Origin: an uncultured Bacteroidota bacterium
GTDB lineage: Bacteria; Bacteroidota; Bacteroidia; Chitinophagales; LD1
Assembly (NCBI GenBank): GCA_903889265.1
Contig: CAISWS010000147.1
Span: forward strand, 5,990-69,989
Direction: 5' to 3'
DNA length: 64,000 nt
In this document: positions 55,427 to 64,000 of the stretch, piece by piece
Position numbering within the stretch: the stretch's first letter is position 1
Layout of the letters: each line of letters opens with the position of its first letter
Program-made: the position numbers and the translations under genes
Notes under the pieces: model-generated
The model's input: the letters and a program-made list of their open reading frames with translations, nothing else
Told to the model about the DNA's origin: nothing
Databases searched by the model: none

Positions 55427-58400
55427 ATGAAAAGGGCTTATGTTATTGCTTTAGTCGCTATTGGTTTATTGCTTTCATCATCTGCTAATGCGCAATATTG
55501 CAACGGGAATTCAGGTTCAGGTATTTGCACGGCTAGTACCACCTTACATAGTGCGGGCTTTGCACCCTCAGAGTTTACCCTGCCTTGCATAGTTATCGGG
55601 CAGGCTTACAGCCAGGTAATACAGTTCCATACCCCTTCAACGTGGAACGTTCCGGGCGGTTTCAATGACCAACTCTCGTTCCTCCAAATAGATACTATCA
55701 GCAACCTTCCCTGTGGCATGTGCTGGCTAATGGGGGCTTCCAATCTTCAAATCCAGGGTAATGCGACCGGCTGTATTAGAATTGCCAACCCAACATTCGA
55801 TGCACCGGGTATATACCAGCTGCATATCATTGTTGATGCAACAACTACCTTTCTTGGGTTCCCGACTGATAACACCAACCAGGACCTTGCGGCCCAGGGG
55901 TTACGGTACTTTGTGCGGGTTCAACTACCTGGTGATACGTGCATCGCCCTTGATACACTGGTAGCAGGGAATAAAGCTTCGCATTCAGGAACCATTGCGG
56001 CCCCGGTTATATCCGGCATTACTTCTGTTTGTACCGGGGGCACTACTACTTTAAAAGTAACTGGCTCGGGCTATTATGGTTATGTATGGAGCACGGGCTC
56101 TTTCTCCGATTCCATAAATGTGGGTGTGGGTACTTATTCCGTAACTGTTTACGGTAACTGTAACAGCGACTCTGCTAAAGCCACCGTTACGGTCGCCGCT
56201 ATCAGAGACACCATCACTGCTTCAGGCCCAACGGCGGTTTGCCAGGGTAACAGCATAATACTGAGCGTTCCGGCGGGTAGCACTTATCACTGGAGTAATG
56301 GCGCCACCACTGATAGTATCAGCACCGGCCAGGCGGGTACCTACCAGGTAACTGTAACCAACTCAATTGGTTGCAGTGCGGTTTCAGCAGGGGTTGCAGT
56401 TACTGTTAAGCCATTGCCTTTTGATACTATAACAGCCAGCGGCCCTTTGATTTTTTGCCCGGGCGGCAGCGTGCTATTAAGTGGCCCGTCCGGGCTATCT
56501 TACCAATGGAGTAACGGCAATACCAACCAAAGTATTACGGCTAACCAAAGTGGTAATTATACCCTTATAGTTACAGGCAGTAATAATTGCACCGCAATAT
56601 CGGGACAGGTTACGGTAACTGAAAGTTCACTGCCAAACAGTAGTGTTACTACGGGCGGCCCAACTACTTTCTGCCCCGGCGATAGTGTAATGCTTACAGC
56701 GGCATCTGGCTTCACGTATAACTGGAGTAACGGCGATACAACTCAGTTCATTGCGGCTTACCAGGCAGGGGCTTACACCGTAACGGTAAGCAATGCCTAC
56801 AACTGTAGCGCGTCATCTACCCCGGTAAATATTACTTTCCTGCCAGCACCAAACGATTCGGTAACGGCCAGCGGCCCGCTTTCACTTTGTTCAGGAGGAA
56901 ACGTAGCATTAACTGCCGGGCCGGGTTTGGCTTATAGCTGGAGCAACGGTTCAAATGCGCAAAGTATTGTTGCCTCGCAAAGCGGCACCTATTATGTTAC
57001 CGTTACCAACGTTGATAACTGCAGCGCTGTTTCGGCACCACTGGTTGTTACGGTAACCAATACCCCGGTTGATAGTATTAGCGCCAGCGGCCCTACCACT
57101 TTCTGTTCGGGCACAACCCTTACCCTTTCGGCAATATCGGGTTATACCTATCACTGGAGTACCGGATCAACTACTCAGAGTATTAATGTCACCCAGTCCG
57201 GGCGATATGCAGTTACTATATCAAACGGAACCAGTTGTAGTGCTACATCGGTGCCTGTTTCAGTTACGGTTGATCCTGCTCCTTCTGTAGCAATAACAGA
57301 AACCGGTTCCAATTCATTTTGCCTGGGAGGCAGCCTTACACTTACTGCTGCGGCTGGCTTAACTTACCATTGGTCAACCGGTGCTACGACGCAATCCATC
57401 ATCGTAACACAGGCGGGTAGTTATGTAGTTACGGTAACCAACTCCAATAACTGCAGTGCATCATCTTCACCGGTTAACGCAACAGTTCTTGCTGCCCCCA
57501 ATGCAACCGTTACAGCAAACGGCCCAACTTCCTTCTGTACCGGAAATTACGTAACCTTAATTGCAACTGCGGGGTTCGCTTACAGTTGGAGCAATAGTTC
57601 AACCACCCAAAGCATTACCATAAACCAGGGCGGCAATTACACCGTTACCGTTACTAACAGCAACCATTGCTCAACAGTGGTGGCAGCACCACCGGTAACG
57701 GTATACAGCCAAACAACAATTAATACACAACCTGCCAACCAGGTTACATGCCTTAACGGCCAGGTTACTTTTAGTGTGTCGGCCAGTGGGGATAGCCTCA
57801 CTTACCAGTGGCAAAAAAGCGGCATCAACATCAGCGGCCAGCAGGCATCCACATACAGTATCGCATCAGCCGCTTTTTCCGATACCGGTAGCTACCGCGC
57901 AATAATAGACGGAATCTGCGGTAAAGACACCTCAAACTATGCCACTCTTTCGGTGGGGAGCTCATTAACCTTTTCGCAGCAGCCTGTGTCGCAAACAATT
58001 TGTGCAGGTAATAGTGTAAGCTTTACCGTGGTTGCAAATGGTGTTAACACAACTTATCAGTGGAAAAAGAATGGCCAGAATATAACCGGCGCAAACTCCG
58101 CTACATTTACTATCAACAGCACTGCAACAACCGATAGCGGCAGTTACACCTGCGTTGTAACCAGCAGTTGCGGAAATACCACTTCCAATTCGGCCATGCT
58201 GACAATTAATATTCCAACCTCTTCAAACATCAGCCATACCATATGTGCAGGAAGCAATTACAATTTTAACGGGCGCCTGATAACTGCGGCGGGTACTTAC
58301 CGCGATACTCTGAACAATGCACATAACTGCGATAGCATTATTACTTTAAACTTAACCGTTACCCCAGCCCCGGTTTACACCTACAGCGACTCAATTTGCT

Positions 58401-61006
58401 CAGGCAGCACTTATAATTTTAACGGAGCCGGGTTAACTACTGCGGGAACCTACCGCGATACCGTTATCACCAGCGGCGGCTGCGATAGTATTGTTGTACT
58501 TCATCTTTCACTTAAACAATCGGCGACAGGCAATATTTCAGCATCTATTTGTCAGGGAGGAAGTTATCATTTTAACGGAATGACATTAACAAGCACCGGC
58601 ACTTATACTGATACCCTGCACACTACCAGCGGTTGCGATAGTATTATTTACCTGCACCTTACCGTAAACCAACCCACCTATAATACTCTGAATGCCATCA
58701 TTTGCGGGGCCCGCAGTTATAACTTTAACGGACGCATTATTTCCTCTCCGGGAACTTACACGGATACGCTGCAAAATTCCGGTGGCTGCGATAGTATTAT
58801 AACACTCAACCTTACTTCATCTTCAACTGTTACCTATGCTTACAGTGCCGCCATTTGCGCTGGTAATCTTTACAACTTTAACGGGCGCATCCTTACAAGC
58901 CCGGGAAGTTATTTCGATACGGTTCAGGCTTCAGGTGGCTGCGATAGTGTTGTAGTGCTGCACTTAGCAGTAAACCAATCATCTGGTTCTTCTATCACAA
59001 CATCTGTATGCGCCGGCCACAGTTATACTTTTAACGGCCACGCTTTAACTACTTCAGGCACTTATTACGATACATTAAATAATGCCCATGGTTGCGATAG
59101 CATTATAACCCTGCATTTAACCGTTGGTGCGGCCATCATCACAACATTACATGCTGCAATCTGCTCCGGCCATACTTATTCGTTTGACGGGCAGCAGCTA
59201 AGTTCTTCAGGCACTTATACCGCCCATTATACCGCCGGTAATGGTTGCGATAGCGCTGTGACATTAATACTTCAGGTAGGCCCAACAGTTTCAGGCAGTG
59301 TAAGCGCCTCAGTATGTGCAGGTAGTGCCTATAATTTTAACGGCCGGCAATTGACTTCAGCGGGCACGTATAAAGATACACTTACAGCCCAGGGCGGGTG
59401 CGATAGTATAGTTACACTGCAGCTAAGTGTTACCCAGCCCTCTGTTGGAAACATCCGGACCACTATTTGTGCGGGAAGCAGTTACGGGTTTAACGGCCAC
59501 CAGTTAACCACGGCAGGCAATTATAACGATACGCTTACCGGCGTAAACGGCTGCGATAGTATTTTAACGTTAACGTTACAGGTAAGTTCCTATGTAGCCA
59601 CCAATCTTTACGATACTATTTGCCAGGGCTCAACTTATAATTTTAACGGGCAAACCCTTTCTGCCACCGGCGTTTACCACGATACCCTAACCGCCCGAGG
59701 AGGTTGCGATAGTATTGTTACACTTAATTTAACGGTGTATCACAATGCCTCATCCACTATTAATGCTACCATTTGCGTTGGCAGTACTTATTCTTTTAAC
59801 GGAATGCAGGTTGGCGCTACCGGTACTTACTTTGAAGCCCTGTCGGGCATCAATGGCTGCGATAGCATTGTAACTCTTAACCTGGTAGTAAATTCTTTTA
59901 TTACCAACACCACCAACGCCCACATTTGCTATGGGTCTTCTTATAATTTTTATGGCAGGCAGGTATCTGTAACCGGAACTTATACCGATACCCTTTCGGC
60001 ACAGGGAGGATGCGATAGCATACTGGAACTTAACCTTACCGTAAACCCCATTATTACACATAACGTAACCGCTGTAATTTGCCCCAACGGCAGCTATACC
60101 TTTTTTGGCAGGCACCTAACTGTAGCCGGAACTTACCGTGATACACTAACCACGCATAGCGGGTGCGACAGCGCGGTGGTTCTTCAATTAGATACCAGCT
60201 CGGTAATAACCAAGGCGGTAAGCGCAACTTTTTGCAGCGGTAGTTCTTATAATTTTAATGGCGCCGCTTTAACTGCAGGCGGGATATATACTGACACCCT
60301 GAGTGCCTCAGGCGGTTGCGATAGCATTGTAACCCTTACCCTGGCCATGCTTCCAAAATATAATATTGTATTAAACAGAACTATATGCAATGGCGATAGC
60401 TTTTCTTTTGGCGGACATATTATCACCACCGGTGGCACTTATATTGATTCGCTGACCTCAAAAAATGGTTGCGACAGCATTATAACTCTTAACCTGGTTG
60501 TTAATACCCCGTCTGCCATAAACTGGCCTCAGCCTGATACTATTTGTAATAATAACGACAGTATACATTTGACAATTGCGGCGGCAAGCCCTTCGGGCGG
60601 CACTTTCACCGGTAATGGTATACATGGCCTGGTGCTAAGTGTAAGCGGTAGCGGAACCTACCCGGTTACTTATACTTATACGGATAGTGCTGGTTGCAGC
60701 AGTTCATTAACCAAAAACCTGCTGGTTGAATCCTGCCTGGGCATTGAACAACTCTACCAGGAATCATCCATTTCTGTTTACCCCAATCCTGCCAATGACT
60801 TGATAACAGCGCAGGCCGATGCCTTTACGGCCAACCATGTAATCCCTGTTGTTTATGATATGATGGGCAAACAGGTTACCGTGCCATATAATCAGCAGGC
60901 TGATAAAATTACCCTCCATACAGATAACCTGCCGGCGGGAGTATATTTAATTAAGTTCAATATCAAAGGCATTTTGGTAAGCAAACACTTTGTGAAGGCC
61001 GAATAA
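55427..61006 (+). CDS. Giant multi-repeat adhesin-like protein with T9SS type A C-terminal sorting domain
   Basis: 1859 aa. Order of parts: signal peptide; unique ~190-aa N-domain; 8 x 72-aa Ig-like units; 2 Ig-like units with YQW[QK]K; 15 x 51-aa two-Cys units; C-terminus ISVYPNPANDLITAQ...GVYLIKFNIKG...HFVKAE. Confidence 0.9.
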   Translation: MKRAYVIALVAIGLLLSSSANAQYCNGNSGSGICTASTTLHSAGFAPSEFTLPCIVIGQAYSQVIQFHTPSTWNVPGGFNDQLSFLQIDTISNLPCGMCWLMGASNLQIQGNATGCIRIANPTFDAPGIYQLHIIVDATTTFLGFPTDNTNQDLAAQGLRYFVRVQLPGDTCIALDTLVAGNKASHSGTIAAPVISGITSVCTGGTTTLKVTGSGYYGYVWSTGSFSDSINVGVGTYSVTVYGNCNSDSAKATVTVAAIRDTITASGPTAVCQGNSIILSVPAGSTYHWSNGATTDSISTGQAGTYQVTVTNSIGCSAVSAGVAVTVKPLPFDTITASGPLIFCPGGSVLLSGPSGLSYQWSNGNTNQSITANQSGNYTLIVTGSNNCTAISGQVTVTESSLPNSSVTTGGPTTFCPGDSVMLTAASGFTYNWSNGDTTQFIAAYQAGAYTVTVSNAYNCSASSTPVNITFLPAPNDSVTASGPLSLCSGGNVALTAGPGLAYSWSNGSNAQSIVASQSGTYYVTVTNVDNCSAVSAPLVVTVTNTPVDSISASGPTTFCSGTTLTLSAISGYTYHWSTGSTTQSINVTQSGRYAVTISNGTSCSATSVPVSVTVDPAPSVAITETGSNSFCLGGSLTLTAAAGLTYHWSTGATTQSIIVTQAGSYVVTVTNSNNCSASSSPVNATVLAAPNATVTANGPTSFCTGNYVTLIATAGFAYSWSNSSTTQSITINQGGNYTVTVTNSNHCSTVVAAPPVTVYSQTTINTQPANQVTCLNGQVTFSVSASGDSLTYQWQKSGINISGQQASTYSIASAAFSDTGSYRAIIDGICGKDTSNYATLSVGSSLTFSQQPVSQTICAGNSVSFTVVANGVNTTYQWKKNGQNITGANSATFTINSTATTDSGSYTCVVTSSCGNTTSNSAMLTINIPTSSNISHTICAGSNYNFNGRLITAAGTYRDTLNNAHNCDSIITLNLTVTPAPVYTYSDSICSGSTYNFNGAGLTTAGTYRDTVITSGGCDSIVVLHLSLKQSATGNISASICQGGSYHFNGMTLTSTGTYTDTLHTTSGCDSIIYLHLTVNQPTYNTLNAIICGARSYNFNGRIISSPGTYTDTLQNSGGCDSIITLNLTSSSTVTYAYSAAICAGNLYNFNGRILTSPGSYFDTVQASGGCDSVVVLHLAVNQSSGSSITTSVCAGHSYTFNGHALTTSGTYYDTLNNAHGCDSIITLHLTVGAAIITTLHAAICSGHTYSFDGQQLSSSGTYTAHYTAGNGCDSAVTLILQVGPTVSGSVSASVCAGSAYNFNGRQLTSAGTYKDTLTAQGGCDSIVTLQLSVTQPSVGNIRTTICAGSSYGFNGHQLTTAGNYNDTLTGVNGCDSILTLTLQVSSYVATNLYDTICQGSTYNFNGQTLSATGVYHDTLTARGGCDSIVTLNLTVYHNASSTINATICVGSTYSFNGMQVGATGTYFEALSGINGCDSIVTLNLVVNSFITNTTNAHICYGSSYNFYGRQVSVTGTYTDTLSAQGGCDSILELNLTVNPIITHNVTAVICPNGSYTFFGRHLTVAGTYRDTLTTHSGCDSAVVLQLDTSSVITKAVSATFCSGSSYNFNGAALTAGGIYTDTLSASGGCDSIVTLTLAMLPKYNIVLNRTICNGDSFSFGGHIITTGGTYIDSLTSKNGCDSIITLNLVVNTPSAINWPQPDTICNNNDSIHLTIAAASPSGGTFTGNGIHGLVLSVSGSGTYPVTYTYTDSAGCSSSLTKNLLVESCLGIEQLYQESSISVYPNPANDLITAQADAFTANHVIPVVYDMMGKQVTVPYNQQADKITLHTDNLPAGVYLIKFNIKGILVSKHFVKAE
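56000..57705 (+). repeat. Coding tandem repeat, 8 units of ~72 aa (Ig-like)
   Basis: Unit pattern T.SGP..FC.G.SV.L.A..G..Y.WSNG.TTQSI...Q.G.Y.VTVTN...CSA.S.PV.VTV. Confidence 0.8.
58232..60505 (+). repeat. Coding tandem repeat, 15 units of 50-52 aa (two Cys per unit)
   Basis: Unit pattern [ST]IC.G..Y.FNG..L...G.Y.DTL....GCDS[IV][IV]TL.L.V. The tgcgatag core of GCDS recurs 15 times at ~150-153-bp spacing. Confidence 0.9.
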
Positions 61007-61027
61007 GTAAGTTTCATATTTTATGAA

Positions 61028-61070
61028 CAGAAGCGGGCTGAATTTCCGGATTCAGCCTGCTTCTGCTTTA
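61028..61070 (+). terminator. Candidate intrinsic terminator of the giant adhesin gene
   Basis: 16-bp stem cagaagcgggctgaat / attcagcctgcttctg (one mismatch), 22 nt after the stop. The following T tract is weak (cttta). Confidence 0.55.
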
Positions 61071-61117
61071 AGCCTTATAACCTGACCCGCGTCTGTGTCA
61101 GCTTCCGCCGTTTTTCA

Positions 61118-61125
61118 TATATTTG
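61118..61125 (+). promoter_or_regulatory. Bacteroidota -7 promoter box (TAnnTTTG) for tRNA-Arg
   Basis: TATATTTG lies 18 nt upstream of the tRNA 5' end. Confidence 0.4.
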
Positions 61126-61143
61126 CCACCCATTTACAATATT

Positions 61144-61215
61144 GGCCCCGTAGTTTAATGGATAAAACGAAGGTTTCCGGAACCTTTGATAGCGGTTCGA
61201 TTCCGCTCGGGGCCA
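61144..61215 (+). tRNA. tRNA-Arg (anticodon CCG)
   Basis: Hand-folded. Acceptor GGCCCCG/CGGGGCC, D arm GTTT-AATGGATA-AAAC, anticodon stem AAGGT/ACCTT with loop TTCCGGA, and T arm AGCGG-TTCGATT-CCGCT. No encoded CCA. Confidence 0.9.
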
Positions 61216-61311
61216 CATATCGAACCTCCCTCTCATTTACAACTTGATTTTCCAGAATAAAGTATTTCTCTATATTTAATTAATATTCGCCAATGAAAGC
61301 CTAAAAAAGCT

Positions 61312-61770
61312 ATGAAACATTTATTGTTCCTTATTCCTTTTGCAGCTGCATTAACGGCCTGCAACAGCAACAATGCACCAACTGCAGATGTAGCCAAAGA
61401 AACACAAGCCCTATTAAATGCGGATAAGGATTTTTGCAATGTTGAGCAAACCCAAGGGTGGAAGGCGAGTGTAGAAAAATATTATGATGATTCGATCATA
61501 GATATTAACTCAACCCATCCGGTAACTATAGGTAAAGCGGCGATTCTAAAGCAATCCGCTGATTATAGCCTGGATTCAATGACCGGATTAAGCTGGAAAG
61601 CTGAAAAAGCTGTAGTTTCTGCCAGTGGGGACCTGGGTTATGTTTGGGGGTACTATACCAACAAGTTCAAGACCACAGCAGGTAATGATACGGTGGTATC
61701 CGGAGCCTATAGTACTATTTACAAAAAAACTGCCAGTGGTTGGAAAGCTGTGTTGGACCAAAACAATTGA
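61312..61770 (+). CDS. Lipoprotein, NTF2-like (DUF4440/SnoaL-like) fold candidate
   Basis: Lipobox FAAALTAC. Its ~130-aa body ends ...YSTIYKKTASGWKAVLDQN, typical of DUF4440-type proteins. Confidence 0.6.
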   Translation: MKHLLFLIPFAAALTACNSNNAPTADVAKETQALLNADKDFCNVEQTQGWKASVEKYYDDSIIDINSTHPVTIGKAAILKQSADYSLDSMTGLSWKAEKAVVSASGDLGYVWGYYTNKFKTTAGNDTVVSGAYSTIYKKTASGWKAVLDQNN

Positions 61771-62107
61771 ACCACTAAAGTTTACATGAATCTTATGCCA
61801 AGAGTGGGATACTTAAATGTTTACCTCTTCTGGCTGCCATCTTTCATAAAATAAGGCCATATTCAACTTTATCTGTAGCCGGCAAGAACTAATCAATTGA
61901 ATATCACTCCAAAGATTCGATTAGCCGATTATTAATTGTACCTCAGCCGGATTGATTTCAATATTTGAGCAATTCCACTTTGCTTCCTTCAGTGAACCCT
62001 TGTAGTTTCCAAAATCCCACCAAACTGTTCATTCTCTCCATCTCAAATACCATAATTAAAGAAATATACCTGGCACAACCGGATTAACCGTTCCTCACCT
62101 TATCGAC

Positions 62108-62137
62108 AAAAAAAAGCCCCGCCAACCGGCAGGGCTC
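62108..62137 (-). terminator. Intrinsic terminator of the 62158-64000 gene
   Basis: On the minus strand, hairpin agccctgcc-ggtt-ggcggggct followed by T8 (A run 62108-62115 on +). Confidence 0.8.
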
Positions 62138-62157
62138 GTAAAATGTAATTGTCTTTT

Positions 62158-64000
62158 CTATCTTCCGCTTACAACCAGTTTGCGCACGGCTTTGGTGCCG
62201 CCTGCAGAAACCTCAACAAAGTAAATTCCAGATGCATACGGATGAACATCAAGCGTTATTTGTGATGCGGTGGCCGGGCGGCTCAACAGTGTTTGCCCAA
62301 GCATATCGCGCAGGGTCACTACCGCGCCTTCATAACCTTCCTGAATATCTACAGTAACCTCAGACGAAGCGGGGTTAGGATAGATGCTGAAACTGATGCC
62401 AGGTTGTACAGGCCCGATGCCTAAACAACCGCCAATAATAGCGGTTACCGGGGTACGGGCCGAGATACATGAAGGCCCCTGTATATGCCAATCGTATAAA
62501 AAGTAATAGTCGGCAGGGTTGCCGCCTGAGCCTGTAAGCGAAATTACAGCGGGCACGGTAAACGGATAGCTGCCTGCAGGTACCGCGTTATTGTAGATCA
62601 GGTTTGCTGTGCCCGTTCCTCCTACTGCGTACAACTCGTAATTATTGCCTGGCGCAACGCTGAAATTCAGTGGCAGGACATTCAATCCGGTAACAAGCGT
62701 AAAGGTAGTACTGGAGGCCAGTATGTTGCCGGCAGAGTCTATTAATTGTATTTGCTTAGAGCCTGCGGTAGAGGCGTATACCCTGACGCTTAGGATGGTG
62801 AGGTTGCTAACTGCATTAAATACCACTCCGTGGTTGCGGGTATGTGTATATACGGCCGTGGCGCCAAGTACCACATCTTTGGCCGGGCCAACGCTATCTT
62901 TCAGGCCCGGGGTAGAATCCTGCACAAAATATGTGGTGGTATGACTGAGTACAGGGGTAGTGAAAGGATTGGCATTGGACAGATAGTTGCCCAAAGAATC
63001 AAACCATGCCACACCGCTGCTGTTACTGGTGGCGGAAATGGTTAGCGCCATATCGCCGCAGTGGATAGCACCATTAACCGCAGGGCCCGGAGGCGCAGTA
63101 ACAACTATGTATCCGGACTTTGTAAGCGAATCCGTTCCGCAGATACTGGATGCGACCAGTTTTACATCAAATGATCCGCTGGCGGCATATGTATGTACCG
63201 GGGTACTATCAGTACTGGTTCCACCATCTCCAAAACTCCATACATATGAAGTACCTGAGAGACTGGTATTAACGTAAGTGACGGTGTCGGGAAGGGTACA
63301 GCTGATTGCAGGCAAGGCCGTAAATGCGGCAGTAGGCACCGGATTGACCACAGCAGGTATATTTATATAATTAACGCAGCCATAAGCTGATAGTCCATAT
63401 ACATAATTGACTGTAATCGGGTTGGGTGTAGTGTTAACCAGTACCTCATTGGGATTGCCAGACTGCGGTGTAGTTACTGCGGCATTGCTGATACCGGTAA
63501 CCGCGGGCCTGGTCCAGGTGAAGGAAGCACCCGGTGCAGCGCTTGTAGCTGTATAAGTGAAAGCTGTACCTGTGCATATAGCCGGGGGCGCCAGTGTGCT
63601 ACTCAGTAAAGGTATAGAATCACTGAAAGCAACAGAGTCGGAAGCGATACCATTGGCTACTGCATACATGTAGTAAGAACCAGTGGTCATATTTGCAGGC
63701 AGTTCAAAGTAGGCAGTATCGTTATTTGCGAGGCCCCTTTGTACACCAGCGCTATTCCAGTTATAGCTTCGGGCATAGTATACTTTGCCACCTGATGTGA
63801 ACCTGAAAAGCGGATAATTGCTGTCACTTTCATTTTCATCTCCGAATGCTGCGCCTTCGCTAATGCCATTAAATCCATGTCCGGTAGCCATAAAAGTAGT
63901 ACATGTAAGCTTGGTTACCCCTGTGATGGCAGGCTTGCCGGAAGCAACAGGAGCGCCAGCCGGGGTGTATACATAATACACCTGAGAAGTTGCGTCACCA
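62158..64000 (-). CDS. Surface protein with PKD-like domain and T9SS type A C-terminal sorting domain (5' end outside window)
   Basis: The frame stays open to the window edge. It has a PKD-like segment (VTYVNTSLSGTSYVWSFGDGGTS) and the C-terminus FSIYPNPASSEVTVDI...GIYFVEVSAGGTKAVRKLVVSGR. Confidence 0.85.
   Translation of the reverse strand, partial: GDATSQVYYVYTPAGAPVASGKPAITGVTKLTCTTFMATGHGFNGISEGAAFGDENESDSNYPLFRFTSGGKVYYARSYNWNSAGVQRGLANNDTAYFELPANMTTGSYYMYAVANGIASDSVAFSDSIPLLSSTLAPPAICTGTAFTYTATSAAPGASFTWTRPAVTGISNAAVTTPQSGNPNEVLVNTTPNPITVNYVYGLSAYGCVNYINIPAVVNPVPTAAFTALPAISCTLPDTVTYVNTSLSGTSYVWSFGDGGTSTDSTPVHTYAASGSFDVKLVASSICGTDSLTKSGYIVVTAPPGPAVNGAIHCGDMALTISATSNSSGVAWFDSLGNYLSNANPFTTPVLSHTTTYFVQDSTPGLKDSVGPAKDVVLGATAVYTHTRNHGVVFNAVSNLTILSVRVYASTAGSKQIQLIDSAGNILASSTTFTLVTGLNVLPLNFSVAPGNNYELYAVGGTGTANLIYNNAVPAGSYPFTVPAVISLTGSGGNPADYYFLYDWHIQGPSCISARTPVTAIIGGCLGIGPVQPGISFSIYPNPASSEVTVDIQEGYEGAVVTLRDMLGQTLLSRPATASQITLDVHPYASGIYFVEVSAGGTKAVRKLVVSGR

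Noticed and set aside
58232-60505. Regular ~153-bp periodicity that could be mistaken for a CRISPR or satellite array.
   Set aside because: The periodicity lies inside one long open reading frame and reflects a protein repeat. There are no conserved short direct repeats with unique spacers and no cas genes.
61771-62157. 387-bp gene-free gap containing a short minus-strand ORF (MNSLVGFWKLQGFTEGSKVELLKY*) reminiscent of the start of a lipocalin-like domain. This could be a decayed gene.
   Set aside because: It is only ~25-32 codons, and the continuation is broken in all frames. The resemblance rests on a short G.WKL motif, which is not enough evidence for a pseudogene call.

Overview
This 64-kb chromosomal window reads as a Bacteroidota genome, probably Sphingobacteriia (Mucilaginibacter/Pedobacter-like). 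That placement is inferred from T9SS C-terminal sorting domains, TAnnTTTG promoter boxes and the dapA / bamD-rpoZ-coaBC-DUF4835 neighbourhood. I call about 50 protein genes, 2 tRNAs (Val-GAC, Arg-CCG), one frameshifted permease, several intrinsic terminators and three kinds of intergenic repeat. I saw no rRNA, CRISPR array, transposase, integrase or reverse transcriptase. Content mixes housekeeping genes (dnaX, accA, dapA, bamD, rpoZ, coaC/coaB, photolyase, LD-carboxypeptidase) with at least six predicted T9SS-secreted surface proteins. Main observations: (1) coaBC is split in its interdomain linker, with the halves 17.7 kb apart on opposite strands, which fits a single inversion and possible gene fission. 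(2) Two giant adhesin-like T9SS cargo proteins share a 51-aa two-cysteine tandem repeat that I cannot name (15 and 8 copies), attached to different sorting-domain classes. (3) A signal-less protein with a papain-like Cys/His domain sits directly upstream of a lipoprotein gene, resembling an orphan effector-immunity pair. (4) An in-frame A9 run at the domain III boundary of dnaX has stops close by in both alternative frames, making it a candidate gamma-subunit recoding site. (5) A ~75-bp inverted-repeat pair brackets an intrinsic terminator between dapA and bamD. All product calls rest on motif recognition by eye; no database search or folding program was run.
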